Shown here: positions 1 to 13,545 of the stretch, one piece after another
Layout of the letters: each line of letters begins with the position of its first letter
Position numbering within the stretch: the stretch's first letter is position 1
Source of the DNA: Chrysomallon squamiferum
Taxonomy: Eukaryota > Animalia > Mollusca
Reading direction: 5' to 3'
Length of the DNA stretch: 64,000 nucleotides
NCBI GenBank assembly: GCA_012295275.1
Contig: CM022672.1
Location: 32,116,001 to 32,180,000, forward strand
Made by a program: the position numbers and the translations under genes
Notes under the pieces: generated by a model
The model's input: the letters and a program-made list of their open reading frames with translations, nothing else
Told to the model about the DNA's origin: nothing
Databases searched by the model: none

Positions 1-109
1 TCTTTGTGATGTAAATGTAAGTTTGCCTAACATATAACTGTATTATAAAATAGAAACAATCTTATACTTGAAGACAAAAATAAAATTTTATTAAGAAGTT
101 CAAGCTTAC

Positions 110-3100
110 CTTATTCTACTTCTGCATCTTCAAAATCAATCAGGGTCATGGACTGGACATGTTTGATACTTTGAGGTGAGGAGGAAACTTGCTGATAGTC
201 ACCATGTTGAGAGTTTTCTGTTTGTGTTTAGTTTCACAGGACAAAGTAGGACTGCTTTTCTGAAACTGAAGATGTTGATAAAACTCTCAGGATTAAACAA
301 AAAAGAGAAAAAAGTTTAAATTTACAGACAGATTTACACATACAGTAGAAATGCTGATATGATTATCAGTTTAATGTGTTTGTTTGATCATAACCATAAT
401 TAAGATGAAGGCAACATGAAGATAATTTATATCTTAGAATCCACAGTCACTTGACACAAAATGAGATAATGTACCTCAGTACATTTTGTGAATTTCACCA
501 TTTTAAAAGTAAATATAATTTATGAAATATAATATCAAAAGCTGACAAAAACTCAAGATGTCACTGGATCACATGACTTCATGACTGAATTCACAACTTC
601 TAATGTATGCTATGTCATCTGTATGCTGATTATGTAGATTACTTTAAAATCAGTTATTAAAGCTGGCAAGAATTTCTACTACTTTTTTTTTTTTTTTTTT
701 TTAAGTATGAGCGGCTTTTGTCTGCCTGTGCATTTTTTGGTTGGAGGGTTTTTTGTTTTGAGGAGCTTTTGGCTGTGTTCACAGTTTTACATCTTAGTTA
801 TATTAGCTAACAATGTGCTTCATCATGTTCATTCAGAAAATAAATTAAACTGAGAATATATTTTAATAAAATAATAATAAAATAAAACTTTATAGATAAA
901 ATATTACAGAGAATTTGGTAATTATAAAAAAAACATCTTTAGCACATGAAAGGAAATAAAAAAAAAATGATATGATCATAAAATAATAAATCTATCAGTA
1001 ACAAATAAAGACAACTTTCATTTATTTTAAGATTTCTAAACTATCATCTGATAGGAATTACAACTTTCTAACTGAACTTATGACTTTCTTGTTATTTATA
1101 AAAAAATATTATACTATTTCTTTTTTTATTTAGTAACACAACACCTAGTTATAAAACCTCTCCAAAATTAATTTTAATAAATCCTCAACAGGTAGTCATA
1201 TTTATAATTCTTTTATTTTTTATTTTAATAATTTACCTGAAGCTGTTTAATTTGTCCATCAACTGAAATGACGTCTGCCTCCTCAGAGAAAGTTGTGCTA
1301 TATTCCCAGAGACGTTCTTCTGTTACTGAGTTTACACTGAAATCCTGTTCCTCCTAATCTCAACCTAAATCACAAAGAAAACTTTACATATAACATTTCA
1401 TATCTTGATTTTACATTTTTGAGTAATCTTTAAGTTATCTTAAATTGGTTATCTATTAAATAAAACTTTAAAAAGAAAGTTAAATTTACATTTATATTGA
1501 CTAATAAATAAAAACAGTATTTATAATTTTATTTTCAGTATATAAAAAAATTTTTAATATTATCTGACCTCTGTGCTTAACTAAAAACAAAACAACAAGA
1601 ATGAAAAAAAATCATGAAAGGAAGAAGAAATAGCATCAAATCCCATTTTTTAATATCAGTTGAAAACCTGTTAGAAAAATCTCAAAATAATATAATTTCA
1701 TCAATAAATTAACAAATGTTAAAACAATTTGAAAATCAAATATATTAACTCAAATCAACTAATTTGAATTAAAAAGTATGATTAAACAGTGACTGTCCAA
1801 ACAAAACACTTGAGATTCAAACCAATGAGGATGGGATTTTGATCAGGAAGAACTATCTTGTTTAACATTTCTGTGCATGAAAAAAACTGAATTTTGAAAA
1901 TTTTATTTAACTAGTTATATAGATAAAAAGTTACTGATGATATGAAAAAGATTATTTGAATATATCTATATCTACATATTTGTTGTTATATATATTTCAA
2001 TGTTCCTTCTGTACAAATGCAATTATTTAGGAAGAAACAAAATAAGAAAAATAATATTAATAATAAAATAACAAAATTAGGACATTAAAGTCAGCTAAAA
2101 AGAAAAACACTATGGACATTCTCAAGCACAGCAGGTAAAAAAAAACAATTTATCAACACTATTAAAATATTTATTAAATTTAAGTTTAACAAACATAGAC
2201 TGTTAAAAATTTAAAATACAATTAAATTTCTAAAATTATCAAAAAAACAGAAAATTTCAAGTCCCCAAACCACACAGACCAAAACCAAAATAAATAAATA
2301 AATAAACTAATGTTTTAAAAACCTGTAAAACAAAATGAATCTGTCAAATTTAATTTTCATTTTAAAATCTGTCTGGAACTGTGTGTTAACAGTTTTTTAA
2401 CAAGTGTGTTTGAAATTGTAAAGATAAAAAGTGGAGAAATGCTGATTTTAAACTGACACAGTTTTCTAACAGACATTACTTACTAGGAATGAGACTTTCC
2501 GAGAAGCTGGACAACAGTGGGGTGACACTTCCAGACATTTCCTACTCCTCAACTTGACCAGCTGCCTCAGAGAGAAACCATCTTGATGAAAAGTTAGAGT
2601 ACTCCCACCTTGTTCACCAGCCAGTCTGAACACAGGATACTCAACTAAAAAACAAAACAATAAACATCACAATCTACTTAACATTACCTACAGCCTGTTT
2701 ATCACAAACTTATGTCTTCAGTGTTCAAGTAATATCATTCTGACACAAAAGCTGAATACAGAGCATTTATTAACTGAAGAAAAATACAAAATAAATAATT
2801 TAATACTCTGTAGAGAAATGTTTTAAAATGTCATTTAATAGAAATTCAGCATGACACCAAAACCTACAGCTATTCTGAATCTGTGGTTTACATTTATTTT
2901 CTTATTTATATTTATCAGATATAAATTGTAATACTTTACCATACGAGGAAACTGGCTTCATCTCTTTATTAAAAAAAACATATTTAGTGATAACTTTGAT
3001 AAAACTGACTTTGAAGCAGAAACAAACAATGATATTCTAACACAGAAAATAACACATCTAACACAAATATAGATAAAAATATATAACATGCATCACATTA

Positions 3101-3448
3101 ATATTTATATATATTTTGTCACTTAAATAATGAATATATAGGAAATATATATAGAAAACAACAACAATCTTCTTCATAATTTGGTGTCACTCACTGTCAA
3201 AGAAACACACACACTCCTGTCTCCATCTCATCAAGTCTACAACATCAGCAGCTAATCTGTCAAGAGAGACACACTGAACTCTTCTCTCTCTGAACACTTT
3301 GCTAGTCTCCTTAGTAACCTTCAAAATAAAAATAAAACACCAATTATTATCATTAGATTCTTTTATTCACTCAGTTCTGCTATTCAAATACAACATCTTA
3401 TTAAAAAAAGATTATTTTCATTCATTTAAGTATACTGACAGTAAAATA

Positions 3449-3530
<82 letters not shown>

Positions 3531-4075
3531 AGCTATAAAATTATAATTATAAAATTATGCAAAAAAATTAAAAGATAATAACAAAAGATACTGCAAAATT
3601 ACCTTTAAAATTACCTTAAATGTTTAATAATATAAAATGTTGTTTGTTATTAAAATATGTTTGTTGATATCTTTATTTTAAATAAGTAGACAGAAAAGAG
3701 CTGGCTAACACCTTATATCTCTCACAATAACACGCTTTAAAATAATGATGATTTATGTTGCATACATAATAACAATAAAAAATACAATAAAAAATAAAAC
3801 TAAAAAACAGTAAGGAAGAAATTCAATAAAAAATAAAATTACAGAGACCTACACACTCATTAAATTATCTAATATGTAGATAATAATAATTTAAAAACAG
3901 AAGAAAAAAGAAGGAATTCACTTACTGAACAAATCAAATTCCAAAGCCTGTTAACAAGCTGTCTGTACAGATCTCCGTGTCGTGAATGAGAACGACTGAT
4001 GAACTTTGACCTTTGACCGTTAACCTGCATACTTTTGTCGTGCTGTAAAACGTGTATCAACCCCTGCTCTAGCAT
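110..4075 (-). ncRNA. Putative multi-exon spliced locus without a long ORF (lncRNA-like or decayed gene), probably running off the left edge
   Basis: Minus-strand GT donors appear on + as cttac 105-109, ttac 1233-1236 and cttac 3921-3925. Polypyrimidine-AG acceptors lie at ~1365 and ~2645. These bound GC-richer blocks (e.g. 1237-1364, ~2460-2644) in very AT-rich DNA. No consistent reading frame was found. Confidence 0.35.
3452..3527. repeat. Compound (TA)n(GA)n microsatellite
   Basis: Directly visible. Confidence 0.95.
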
Positions 4076-4643
4076 GTAGTAAACTAAATAATAACCAGAA
4101 AAATAAAGAGTAACTACTACTACTACTACTAATAATAATAATAAATTAATTTAATATGAAAACCTGTATATAGATTATTTATTTATTTATTTACTGTTTT
4201 AAAAGTTTGGCGTTTCCTGAAAACTATTTGTTAGTCAAATGAAATGAGCAGTATCTAGACAGCTGTTTTACTTCTCGTGTACTGGAAAATGTAGTAACGT
4301 ATAAATTAATTAATTACTACTACTGCTGCAACTGATACATATAATTAGTCTATCTATTTTTTCTTATTATTACTGTTTTTCTCATTGTTATTATTATTAT
4401 TGTTTGTGTTATGTGGTTGTCGTTGTTGCTATTATTATTTAATTATTTATTTATTTATTTTTTATATTTTATTTTTATTTAATATTATTTTATTTTGTTT
4501 TATTTTTAATTATTATGATTATTATGATTATTATTATTTTCAATTTGTTCGTTTCTGTTTTGTTGTTCTCGTCGTTGTCGAATTTGCTGTAATTAATTTT
4601 TTCGGAAAGAATTGTAAAGCGTCAGTTGTTTGTGCAGTGTTTA

Positions 4644-4766
4644 AGGTGAAATTTACATCAGCAGTGAGTACTGAGAACTGGATGGGATGGTATGGGGTGG
4701 GGGGTGACCTAGTTTATTAATTTTGTTTGAGCGCTGCGACACGACTTGAAGTCGATCGATAAACGA
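4644..4766 (-). promoter_or_regulatory. CpG-rich ~125-bp element, inverted homologue of the element in each tandem unit (putative promoter core or terminal repeat)
   Basis: The reverse complement reads tcgtttatcgatcgacttcaa..gcagcgctcaaac..aactaggtcacc..ccagttctcagt..ttcacct and is colinear with 38869-38994, sharing identical 21-nt and 13-nt blocks. Homology is clear; the regulatory role is inferred. Confidence 0.5.
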
Positions 4767-5613
4767 GTTGTCATGGCAGCGAAACATAAGCTGCCTTGTA
4801 GTTTCTTTTATTTATTTATTTATTTATTTATTTGTGTATTGTTGTTGTTTTTGTTATTTTTATTGTCCTTTATTCTGTGATGATGATGATTAATATATTG
4901 CTCCCCTTTATTTATTTATTTATTTTTTTAAATTTAGCAAATAAATAATAATAACACTTATAAAAAATAAAAAAAATATTCAGTATTTTATTTCCGTATT
5001 TATTTCAAAATGATATTTTTTAAAGATTTATTTCGTTTCGTTTATTTGAAAATTAAAACGAAACGTTTCGACTGTGAATATGTGTGTGTAAGAGAGCTTG
5101 TGTTATATATATTTATAACATAACCTGTTACTGAAAATTAAAGAAATAGAAATTATAATATTTAATTTATCGCCAACTCGCATGTCCTCAACCACTAAAT
5201 AATAAGTATACATGTGTAAAATAAATAATTTTCTTTGTAATTTAAAACTTGTGTTTTGTTTTGATGTTCATAGTGGATACTTGATATTATATATAGTTTA
5301 TAACTGTAGTATATGCAAATATATGTATCTATTATAATCAACCGTCACAATTTCTTAATTACACAGTCAGCGGGTACACAAAAGGCGCAATTCCTAGACA
5401 AGAAACGAGCCATATTTTAATAGGTTCGTTAGCACTCGAGAGCTAACACCTCTTATGCGCTGGGCTTCATGACAACAGTGATGATGACAATATTTATAAT
5501 AATCATAGTGACATGATATAAAAGCCATCCACCATAAAAACACACATTAACAATAACAGCGGTAATAATAATGATAATCATTAAAATGGTACTAACAAAG
5601 CAAGACAACCCAC

Positions 5614-5646
<33 letters not shown>

Positions 5647-5654
5647 GTAGTTAT

Positions 5655-5691
<37 letters not shown>

Positions 5692-5694
<3 letters not shown>

Positions 5695-8600
5695 ACATGT
5701 TCTGCATAAAAACAGTATTGGAAATAATTCTCTGATAAACAAATCCTTTCTTGTGCACACCACAAAGTCAGTCAAATCAGCACCAGACACCAGTAGTTGG
5801 CCCTGGACTTGAGAATAGCACATGTGGTCCTCTTTCACATGCAGTAAGTCAGTATTTTCAAGATAAAAACTGGGGAGAGCAGATGCTTTTTCAGTAGTGG
5901 GATCTCTGGCTGAATATGCAGACTTGATTAGTCCAGTTCTTTCCTTTCTCACACACCTGTCTATCAGGTGTAGCACTTAGAACTCAAAAAGCAGAATTCA
6001 CAATCAGGTCACATCATGAACATGGTTGACTTTTTTTTTAATGTAATGTTCTACACCCTCTTTTCAGTATTCTTGCATAGTTAAATATTTTAGTTCTAAT
6101 TAAAGATAATAAAAATTAGTCTGTGAAATTTTACCTTTTAAAATAGTTCAAAAATTGGGAGCAGTCAATTGTTCTTTCCACTTTTTAGCCCAAAGGGAAC
6201 AGCTGGCCTGATATCTAATGTGGTTCTTTTCATTCAGCAAACAATCTTTGTTAGTGATTTTAGTGATCTGATCTGCATACTGATCATTAACAGTCACTGT
6301 TGAAGGCTGTGTAAACTCCAGATTTCCACACACAGTTCCAACATGTTATCTCACAAAGTTTCTAAAATATTTTGCCTGAAATAATAAACAACAAAACATT
6401 AATAATGAATTAAATGTAGTAAAGCTAATACATATATACTGTCAGCAGATCTGTTAGAGCAACTTGAGGGAAGCTATTTTGAAGTATTTTTCTCCCCTCT
6501 GTTTGCAAGGTAAAACTAACCTATATATATTTATGAAAGGATAAGATGTATTTAAAGCTTTAATTCACAAAAGGCTTTTTTTTATGTTTCAGGGGTTGAA
6601 CCAATGCATTTCATGTTCTTAGTTGTGGAGTATACAATTTTGAAGACTGATATTAATATGAAGAGGATAGTAATGGAAAAGAGTGAAAAAGAGTGTGAAT
6701 TGTTGTCCAAAAAGAAAACACTTACTTTTTCAGTTGAAGTTGTGGCTGAAGATAAAAAAATTAAAAAATTAAAACAACTTTTAAAATATTATAATGTGTT
6801 TCATACAAAATCATTTTATGGCACATTTTAACATATACAGGGAAAGGGAATATTTCCTTAATAAACAGCTTCTCTTTAGATAACCTGTTATTTCTTACTC
6901 TGTGTAAGCTGAGGAATAATTTAGATCTGCCACACTTAGGACACAGATTTGGCCTTACTCAGCAAGTGACAGGTATAATTTTCAATTCTTGTCTGACCTA
7001 AATGTTTCTAAGGTTTGGAGAAGTCAGTATTTGGCCACATAGAGATATTTTATATGAAAACATGCCTGATGACTATATGGAGGAGTTTCCTAATACTTTT
7101 GCTATAGTTTGCTGCACAGAAATGAAAATTCCAAAATTCTCTTCACTGAAAGTCCAGTCCTAAATATACAGTGACTAAAAATCTGCTAACACCCTGAAGT
7201 CACTAGCAGTTGTAGATCCCACAGGCTGCATTACATTTAGTTCTGTGTTGTTTGGTGGTTCAATGTCTGACAAAGATATTTTAATAAAAGTGGTTCTCAG
7301 TCTACCCTTAAACAACTTGTTGAAAATCTGTTATCTTAACAAAGGGGATGGTCTCATGGGTGATAAAAGTTTCAACATTAAAAAGGAAGTTGAAGAAACA
7401 GGACTTAGATTAAATAGTCCACCATTTGCAAGATCAGGATCACAAATGAGTGAGCAAGATGTATTTTTAACAAAGAAAATAGCAAAACATTGTGTACATG
7501 TTGAAAAACCTATCAGATACATAAAAGTTTTTAATATATTAAGTGGTAAAATTTCTCTGAATATGATGTCTGCTATTGATTAAATATGGTATGTGTTCAT
7601 TTAAAAAAAAAAAAAGTTCTGCCACCATGTATTAAAAGAAAGTAAATTTACTAAAACATGAAAGCCTTACATGTGTTGAAAGTCCACTGCCTGAAGGAAC
7701 ATTTCCAACATGTGTGTCTATGGTATTTTCACAGATGTTTGTCAGGTAGCTAATGGAAGATGCATGTAGACTTTTGAGGTGATCAGTATCTTCACTTTTA
7801 ACTCTGACCTTCCTGTAAAAAAACAGTTTACTTATGACAATCATGACACAAAGTGAAATTAATAAAACACAACAAAATATTTTTAGTAAATGATAAAATA
7901 TCATATCATATACCATATTATGATAAATTATATCTGAATTGATATTTTACTACTGTGTACTTGCTCTACATATTGTAAACTTTATTGTAATAATGAATTG
8001 TTTAAATTAAACTTTTATTGTTTTAATGTATTTGTATATACAATTTCACCAGTTTGCCATGTCATTTTGAGGTTTGTTCCATTTGGTTTATGTATTTATT
8101 TGTATCTGTTTCTGTGTTTCTTTCTTGCTGGTTTACAGAACTCTCATCACAAGACAACAAAGCAGCTGTTTTCATTTACACACATACATTGTCATTAATA
8201 TTATAAAATGATTGTTGTTAAAAACACATAAATAAATGTACTATATCGGCAGTCTGTCAATGTATTCTGCATTGGTCTTTTCTTTTGGTCTGGCTTTGGG
8301 TTGACAAACATCATGTGGGCCACTTCTGTAGCTTGGATCTTCTTGGCACACTCCACTGCTCTGGAAGTGACCTGAAGAAAGTTGTGTGAGAACTTCCATA
8401 AAACCCATCATCTGCCATTGCTGTAGAGCCAGGAACTACTCAACTGTGTGTAAACATGATCCACTAGACCTGCAATAATATATTTATTTTAATCCACATG
8501 TATATGCATATGTGTTTATGTGTGCTTTTAAAATATAAAGTAGAAACTGGTCATAGATGTGTTAGTTTGTTATCAGCATGTTTGTTATGAGTACTTTACT

Positions 8601-9114
8601 GTACAGATAAATGATATATCTAATCCTTTATGGAATAGTTGACTGACAGTTAAGTAATTAATGCCTTTGTGCCAACTTTCAATGAAAGATTTATTTTTTT
8701 CTTCAACTTTTTTTCAGCAAACTTAAAGATTTGGGTTTTAAATGCTCGCCAGCCATCCACAGGAAATGTCTGGATGCACTTTTAAAAACTCGCCAACGTA
8801 AATAAAATCATTAATCAGGTTTTTACTTACTCTGCCTGACAAAAACAACGAGCATAAGATGTCACCGTTACATATCCACGTAGGTCCCATGATGTTTTTC
8901 GCTTTTCTTCGCGGACCGGTGTCATTTGGCTGGCGTAAAAATGTCGATGTCATCATTCTAAAACATACTAACATCATTCAAGTAACTTTCACTGAAGTCT
9001 TGAAACCCTGCTGGCGGCTTTTTCACGATATAGTGGCTATCTCTTTAGAAATCCAGAAAAATTCACTGGCAAATCCGACAATTTATAACTTTGTCAAAGT
9101 GATTTGACCGCCAT
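5692..9114. mobile_element. Decayed PIF/Harbinger-related DNA transposon (ISL2EU-like): DDE_Tnp_4 transposase plus SWIM-YqaJ nuclease gene; termini not identified
   Basis: HTH_Tnp_4/DDE_Tnp_4 motifs (+) co-occur with SWIM and YqaJ (lambda-exonuclease, PD-(D/E)xK fold) motifs (-). This gene pair is characteristic of ISL2EU-type elements. Confidence 0.85.
5692..9114 (-). pseudogene. Transposon-borne SWIM zinc-finger/YqaJ recombinase-family nuclease pseudogene; exons ~9114-8831, 8469-8242, 7812-7671, 6375-6135, ~6080-5692
   Basis: ATG at 9114. Exon 1: GFQDFSESYLNDV..AK*HRSAKKSEKHH. Exon 2: GSCLHT..SLPEQWSVPR..MMFVNPKP..KKRP. Exon 3: GNVPSGSGLS. Exon 4: QASCSLW..QLTAPNF. Last block: ATPDR..TGLIKSAYSARD..CYSQVQGQLLVSGADLTDFVV. 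GT-AG boundaries are canonical where identified; there are several stops and frameshifts. Confidence 0.8.
6593..7640 (+). pseudogene. Harbinger/ISL2EU-type DDE transposase (HTH_Tnp_4 + DDE_Tnp_4), inactivated
   Basis: Reads LFLTLCKLRNNLDLPHLGHRFGLT, then IWPHRDILYENMP..FPNTFAIVCCTE (first catalytic Asp of the usual DCTE is Cys), QS*IYSD*KSANTLK, LFGGSMSDK, GDGLMGDKSFNI, LNSPPF, TKKIAKHCVHVEKPIRYIKVFNIL. Acceptor tttcag ends at 6592; two in-frame stops. Confidence 0.9.
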
Positions 9115-10758
9115 CGTTTTAGGGTTGTCTAACCTGTAATGATAGGGTTACCTCCCTTTTGGAGGCGGAGCTATGTATGCTGTGCAGAGACGTCAGTTAC
9201 AAACATTTACAACAAGCTTGATGCTATCGTGATCAAATACAGGAGACTTCTGTAATAATGTGTGTATGCAGCCATTATTTATTTGTATAAATACATATAT
9301 TTAAAAATGTCTGTGTTTATTTATTTGATCTTTTAATCTGATTTATATTTCTTTCAGCATGAAATGTCAGTGCAGATATTACTCATTTACTGTGTTTTGT
9401 TCACTGTATCCCTTTTGATCATCTCTCCAAACCTGCAGGGTTAGTTAACTCACATATACATTATTATGTAAATACATGCATAACATACATACATTTATAC
9501 ATACTTACTTACAAACATATGAACACGTTACATCCATAATTATATACATATGTGTTCAAACATGAACACACACACAGAAACAAAAACAAAAATACATACA
9601 GATATATCTACCTACATATGTGAATAGATAAAAAAAAAAAACATATATATATACAAACAATTATGCACAAATATATCCATACATTTTTCTTTTTGTACCT
9701 AATTACTAATTTTGGTTCCTGAAATCACAATCATGTACTAATATTATAAAATCTTCATGATAGCTTTTTAATTTACACACATGTTGTTACTAATGAATTA
9801 TTTATTTTTATTTTAAATATCATTCTCATTTGTGGTATTATTCTGTATCTTGAGATATCCTGTCAGCATAATAATATTTTATATCACTGTCTTAACTGAA
9901 ATCATACTTCCACCTTTGAAATAACACACACACACACACACACACACATAATGAAAAAACACACACACACATAATGAAAAACACACACACACAGAATGAA
10001 AAGAAATGATTGAATGTTTTATCAATATTAACTGACAGACTGATATCATGTTAATGGATCTGTTTTTATTTTTTACATTTTTTTTTCAATATTTTTTTTT
10101 TTTTTTTACCATTAATAGTTACAATTTTGCTCTTAATCAGTTACTATATCATCTACAGTTTTTTTGTTTTATTTTTTAATTATGCTTTTTTAAGAAAATA
10201 TTTATATATTATTTTCCTTTTGAAGTATTGATATCATCTGAATTGTTTCATTTTGATTAGGTTGTCACATAAATCTTGTATAATGATTGAGATATGTTAT
10301 GATACACTGTGTATTTAATTGATTATAAATTTATTTATTTCTCTCTACAGAGGATATGAAACTCTTTCCTGCAGTGATGACTTGGGGATGTTCTGTTCTT
10401 ACACAACTACCTGTAGTCAAAGCAGTTAAATGTGTCACTGTTGGTCAAGGACTTAACTCATTAAAGGTAAGTTTTAAAAACTTATGAAGAACCATTAATG
10501 TTCATGTATGCTTGTTATGGACCAGGTCTGTGATGAGTGTTAAACAGTCAGAAGAATTTTCATTCAGTTTGTTTTTGTTGTTGTTGTTGTTATTTTCACA
10601 ATATTTATTATTATAAACCAAATTATTGCATGGTTCAGGTCAGAGTTGAAACCTTACTGGAGACAAAAGACTCACTTATTCAGTTTATTGTTAATGTTGT
10701 TGTTGTTGTTGTTGACATCATCACCATTATTATTTGTATTATTACAATATTATTATTA

Positions 10759-10814
10759 TGTGCTATGTTCATTCCTGTCTTCTGAAAGTGCATGTAAAAC
10801 ATCCTTTACCTGCC
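10759..10814 (+). mobile_element. Degenerate SINE core fragment (MetaSINE-like)
   Basis: tgtgctatgttcattcctgtcttctgaaagtgcatgtaaaacatcctttacctgcc resembles the reverse complement of 18489-18577 and the Meta-domain core as recalled (GTGGTATGTGCTATCCTGTCTGTGGGA..GTGCATATAAAAGATCCCTTGCTGCT). Confidence 0.45.
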
Positions 10815-11204
10815 AGTGAAGAACACTCATAGAGAAATTTCTCTTTCTTTGTACAGTTTCTATTCAGAAATTTAGTTTCATACTTAAGAAATATTAATAT
10901 TTAAAATATTTTAACATGGCATTAAATGTTCTCTTTAACTGTAATTATTTTACATACATAAATCATGATAGCTATTAATACTGAGAAGTACAGCAATATT
11001 ATTAAATATTCATTTTTATTCTTATTTGTTTACATCTTCTATAACAGAAATCTTTGCTAGTTCATCCTGGTTTAACATATTTTAGCTCTGAGACCAAGAA
11101 ACTGAAATCAACTCAGTGAGGACACAATTCTGTTCTAAAACATCATGGAAAGGAACAACCTGCACAAACTATTGTAAGTTTGTCTCTATTGCTATGTTTA
11201 TTAG

Positions 11205-11237
<33 letters not shown>

Positions 11238-12325
11238 CTTTTCTTTTCTGTGTTTGTTGGGAGGGTCATTTAAGAGTGTTTATTATTTTTATACACAAGA
11301 TAAAAGACATGGAAAATGTTGGATCCTATTCAGTTAAAATTATAATTATAATTAACTTTTCTGATTTCAGGACATCATTACTCTGTACAATTGTCAGAAG
11401 CAGTCACAACTTGGGAGAAGGAATCTGAGATTGGTGCAAAAACAAGAGTGAGAAAATGTAAGATTAACTGTTTTAATATGTAACTAGTTACCACATAATG
11501 TTACTAAACAAATGATATTGTATTACTATAGATAATTATATAATAAACTGACATAACAAATTAAATTGGATATTAATTAAGTATGTTGGAATAGACTTAG
11601 TAAATGAATCAATAAGTGAAAAGGAAAGTGTAATTATTCCTTGCACACTTCTGTGCACTGATAACTGCACAAAAATATGTTGGCAGCACATAAGTTGTTT
11701 CTTTCTCTAAGTCCAAACACATTTCATTGGTCTAGAATGTAAATTTAAAGTCTGACTCACAGAGTATATATATTCTGTTGTTTCATTTGTCAAGACTTTG
11801 AAATACAACCATTTTAAAATGTGTTCATGTGTAATCAGTATTTTCCTCAGATCATTACATTTTTCACGTTTTTGTTATTTCTAGTTAACCTGTTCACAAT
11901 TTGATTCTTGTAATCTTAAACTGATGTGTATGACCTGACATATCAAACCAGATTTTAAGTTGCACAGCAAAAGTGTTTAAGTGTCTGTGACTAGTGCAGA
12001 GACACAACATTTTAGATTTTGATTCTAGGGTGTTTTTTAGACCACTTTTATAAACACTGTTGTTTACTTGATGGCTCATTTTCTGAGAAATACTCCGAAT
12101 TTTCCATCAAATCTGTCAGCTGCCAGCACACTTATGTTTTACACACAGCAGAGAAATACAGGAATGAATCAGATATCAAAGTGAAAATCAGTGAGCAAAA
12201 TTCAACTTAAGACATGTTTTGATGTGAAGGGTCACATGTTATGAATTTCCAGTAAATTATCTTATCCAGCTCTTTAATGTCTTTAGTGACCTCAGTTTTA
12301 CCTTCCATACATCTTTAGACACTGC

Positions 12326-12800
12326 TCAGTGATCTCAGTACACCAGTACACTCATTTACTTCTAGAATTGTTCAGTATTGTCAGTGATCTCAGTACACCA
12401 GTACACTCATTTACTTCTAGAATTGTTTCAGTATTGTCAGTGATCTCAGTACACCAGTACACTCATTTACTTCTAGAATTGTTCAGTATTGTCAGTGATC
12501 TCAGTACACCAGTACACTCATTTACTTCTAGAATGTTTCAGTATTGTCAGTGATCTCAGTACACCAGTACACTCATTTACTTCTAGAATGTTTCAGTATT
12601 GTCAGTGATCTCAGTACACCAGTACACTCATTTACTTCTAGAATTGTTCAGTATTGTCAGTGATCTCAGTACACCAGTACACTCATTTACTTCTAGAATG
12701 TTTCAGTTTGATCTTCATGTTTCAGTATTGTCACACCAGTACCACTCATTTACTTCTAGAATGTTCAGTCAGTGATCTTTACACTCATTTATTTCATGAT
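12326..12800. repeat. Minisatellite, 55-56-bp unit, ~7-8 copies
   Basis: tcagtgatctcagtacaccagtacactcatttacttctagaattgttcagtattg starts at 12326, 12381 and onward; the last copies are degraded. Confidence 0.95.
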
Positions 12801-13099
12801 CTTTACACCATTTTTCAGTATTCTTTAACTTACATTCCTCTTCTTACTTCAGCACAGAAAAGTTTAATAATAAGAAAAATAACTTCCTTTAAAATGTTTA
12901 TGTTTTAATTCTTTCAGACATACATTTTTGGGATAAAAACTATGTAATATTCCATACAGAAGTTGTAACAGTGTTTTGATTATATTCAGATTGTTATGTA
13001 TTGAAGTCTCAATGTGCAATGTTTAATTTTAGAATATCTGAATTATGAAAACAGCAAGTTTTCAAAAAGTCAAGTTATAAGTGTGTATGAAAACAGGCT

Positions 13100-13493
13100 C
13101 AGTTTGATACTTGAATTCTCATGTTTGTCATGATAAGGAAGATGTTAATATTTTTTATTTTTTATTTTTCTAATTTCATGTTTTTAACACAGTGTTGGCC
13201 TTCCTTACAGCATCATTCAGAAGATGAAGCTGACAACTGAAGATGACAAATTACTAAACCTCATAAACCAAGAACTGAAAACAAAAACTGACAACATGGA
13301 AGTGGCAAAGTAAATAAAAAAAAAGATTTTGTTTTACTTTGGTTCTTAATTTTTATTATTTTAGGGTCCATTAGATGTTTCTTATTTGAAATGAAATATG
13401 TCTGTTTTTCCATCTGTCTTTCTCTTTCTGTCTGTATCTGTATCTATATGAGTCCATCAGTCATTGTTATTTATATGAGTCCATTTATTTTTT

Positions 13494-13545
<52 letters not shown>

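Noticed and set aside
3975-4060. Hammerhead ribozyme (stem followed by CTGATGA at ~3996)
   Set aside because: No stem II followed by GAAA, and the would-be cleavage triplet is GTG rather than NUH.
5692-6375. YqaJ as evidence of a phage or bacterial insertion
   Set aside because: It is split by spliceosomal introns and linked to SWIM and a Harbinger-type transposase, the usual eukaryotic transposon context.
8859-9107. Plus-strand 82-aa ORF
   Set aside because: Antisense shadow of exon 1 of the SWIM-YqaJ pseudogene.
4773-9275. atggcagcg (4773) and gcagccat (~9268-9275) as TIRs of the ISL2EU-like element
   Set aside because: The match is only about 7 of 8 nt and then collapses; too weak to define termini.
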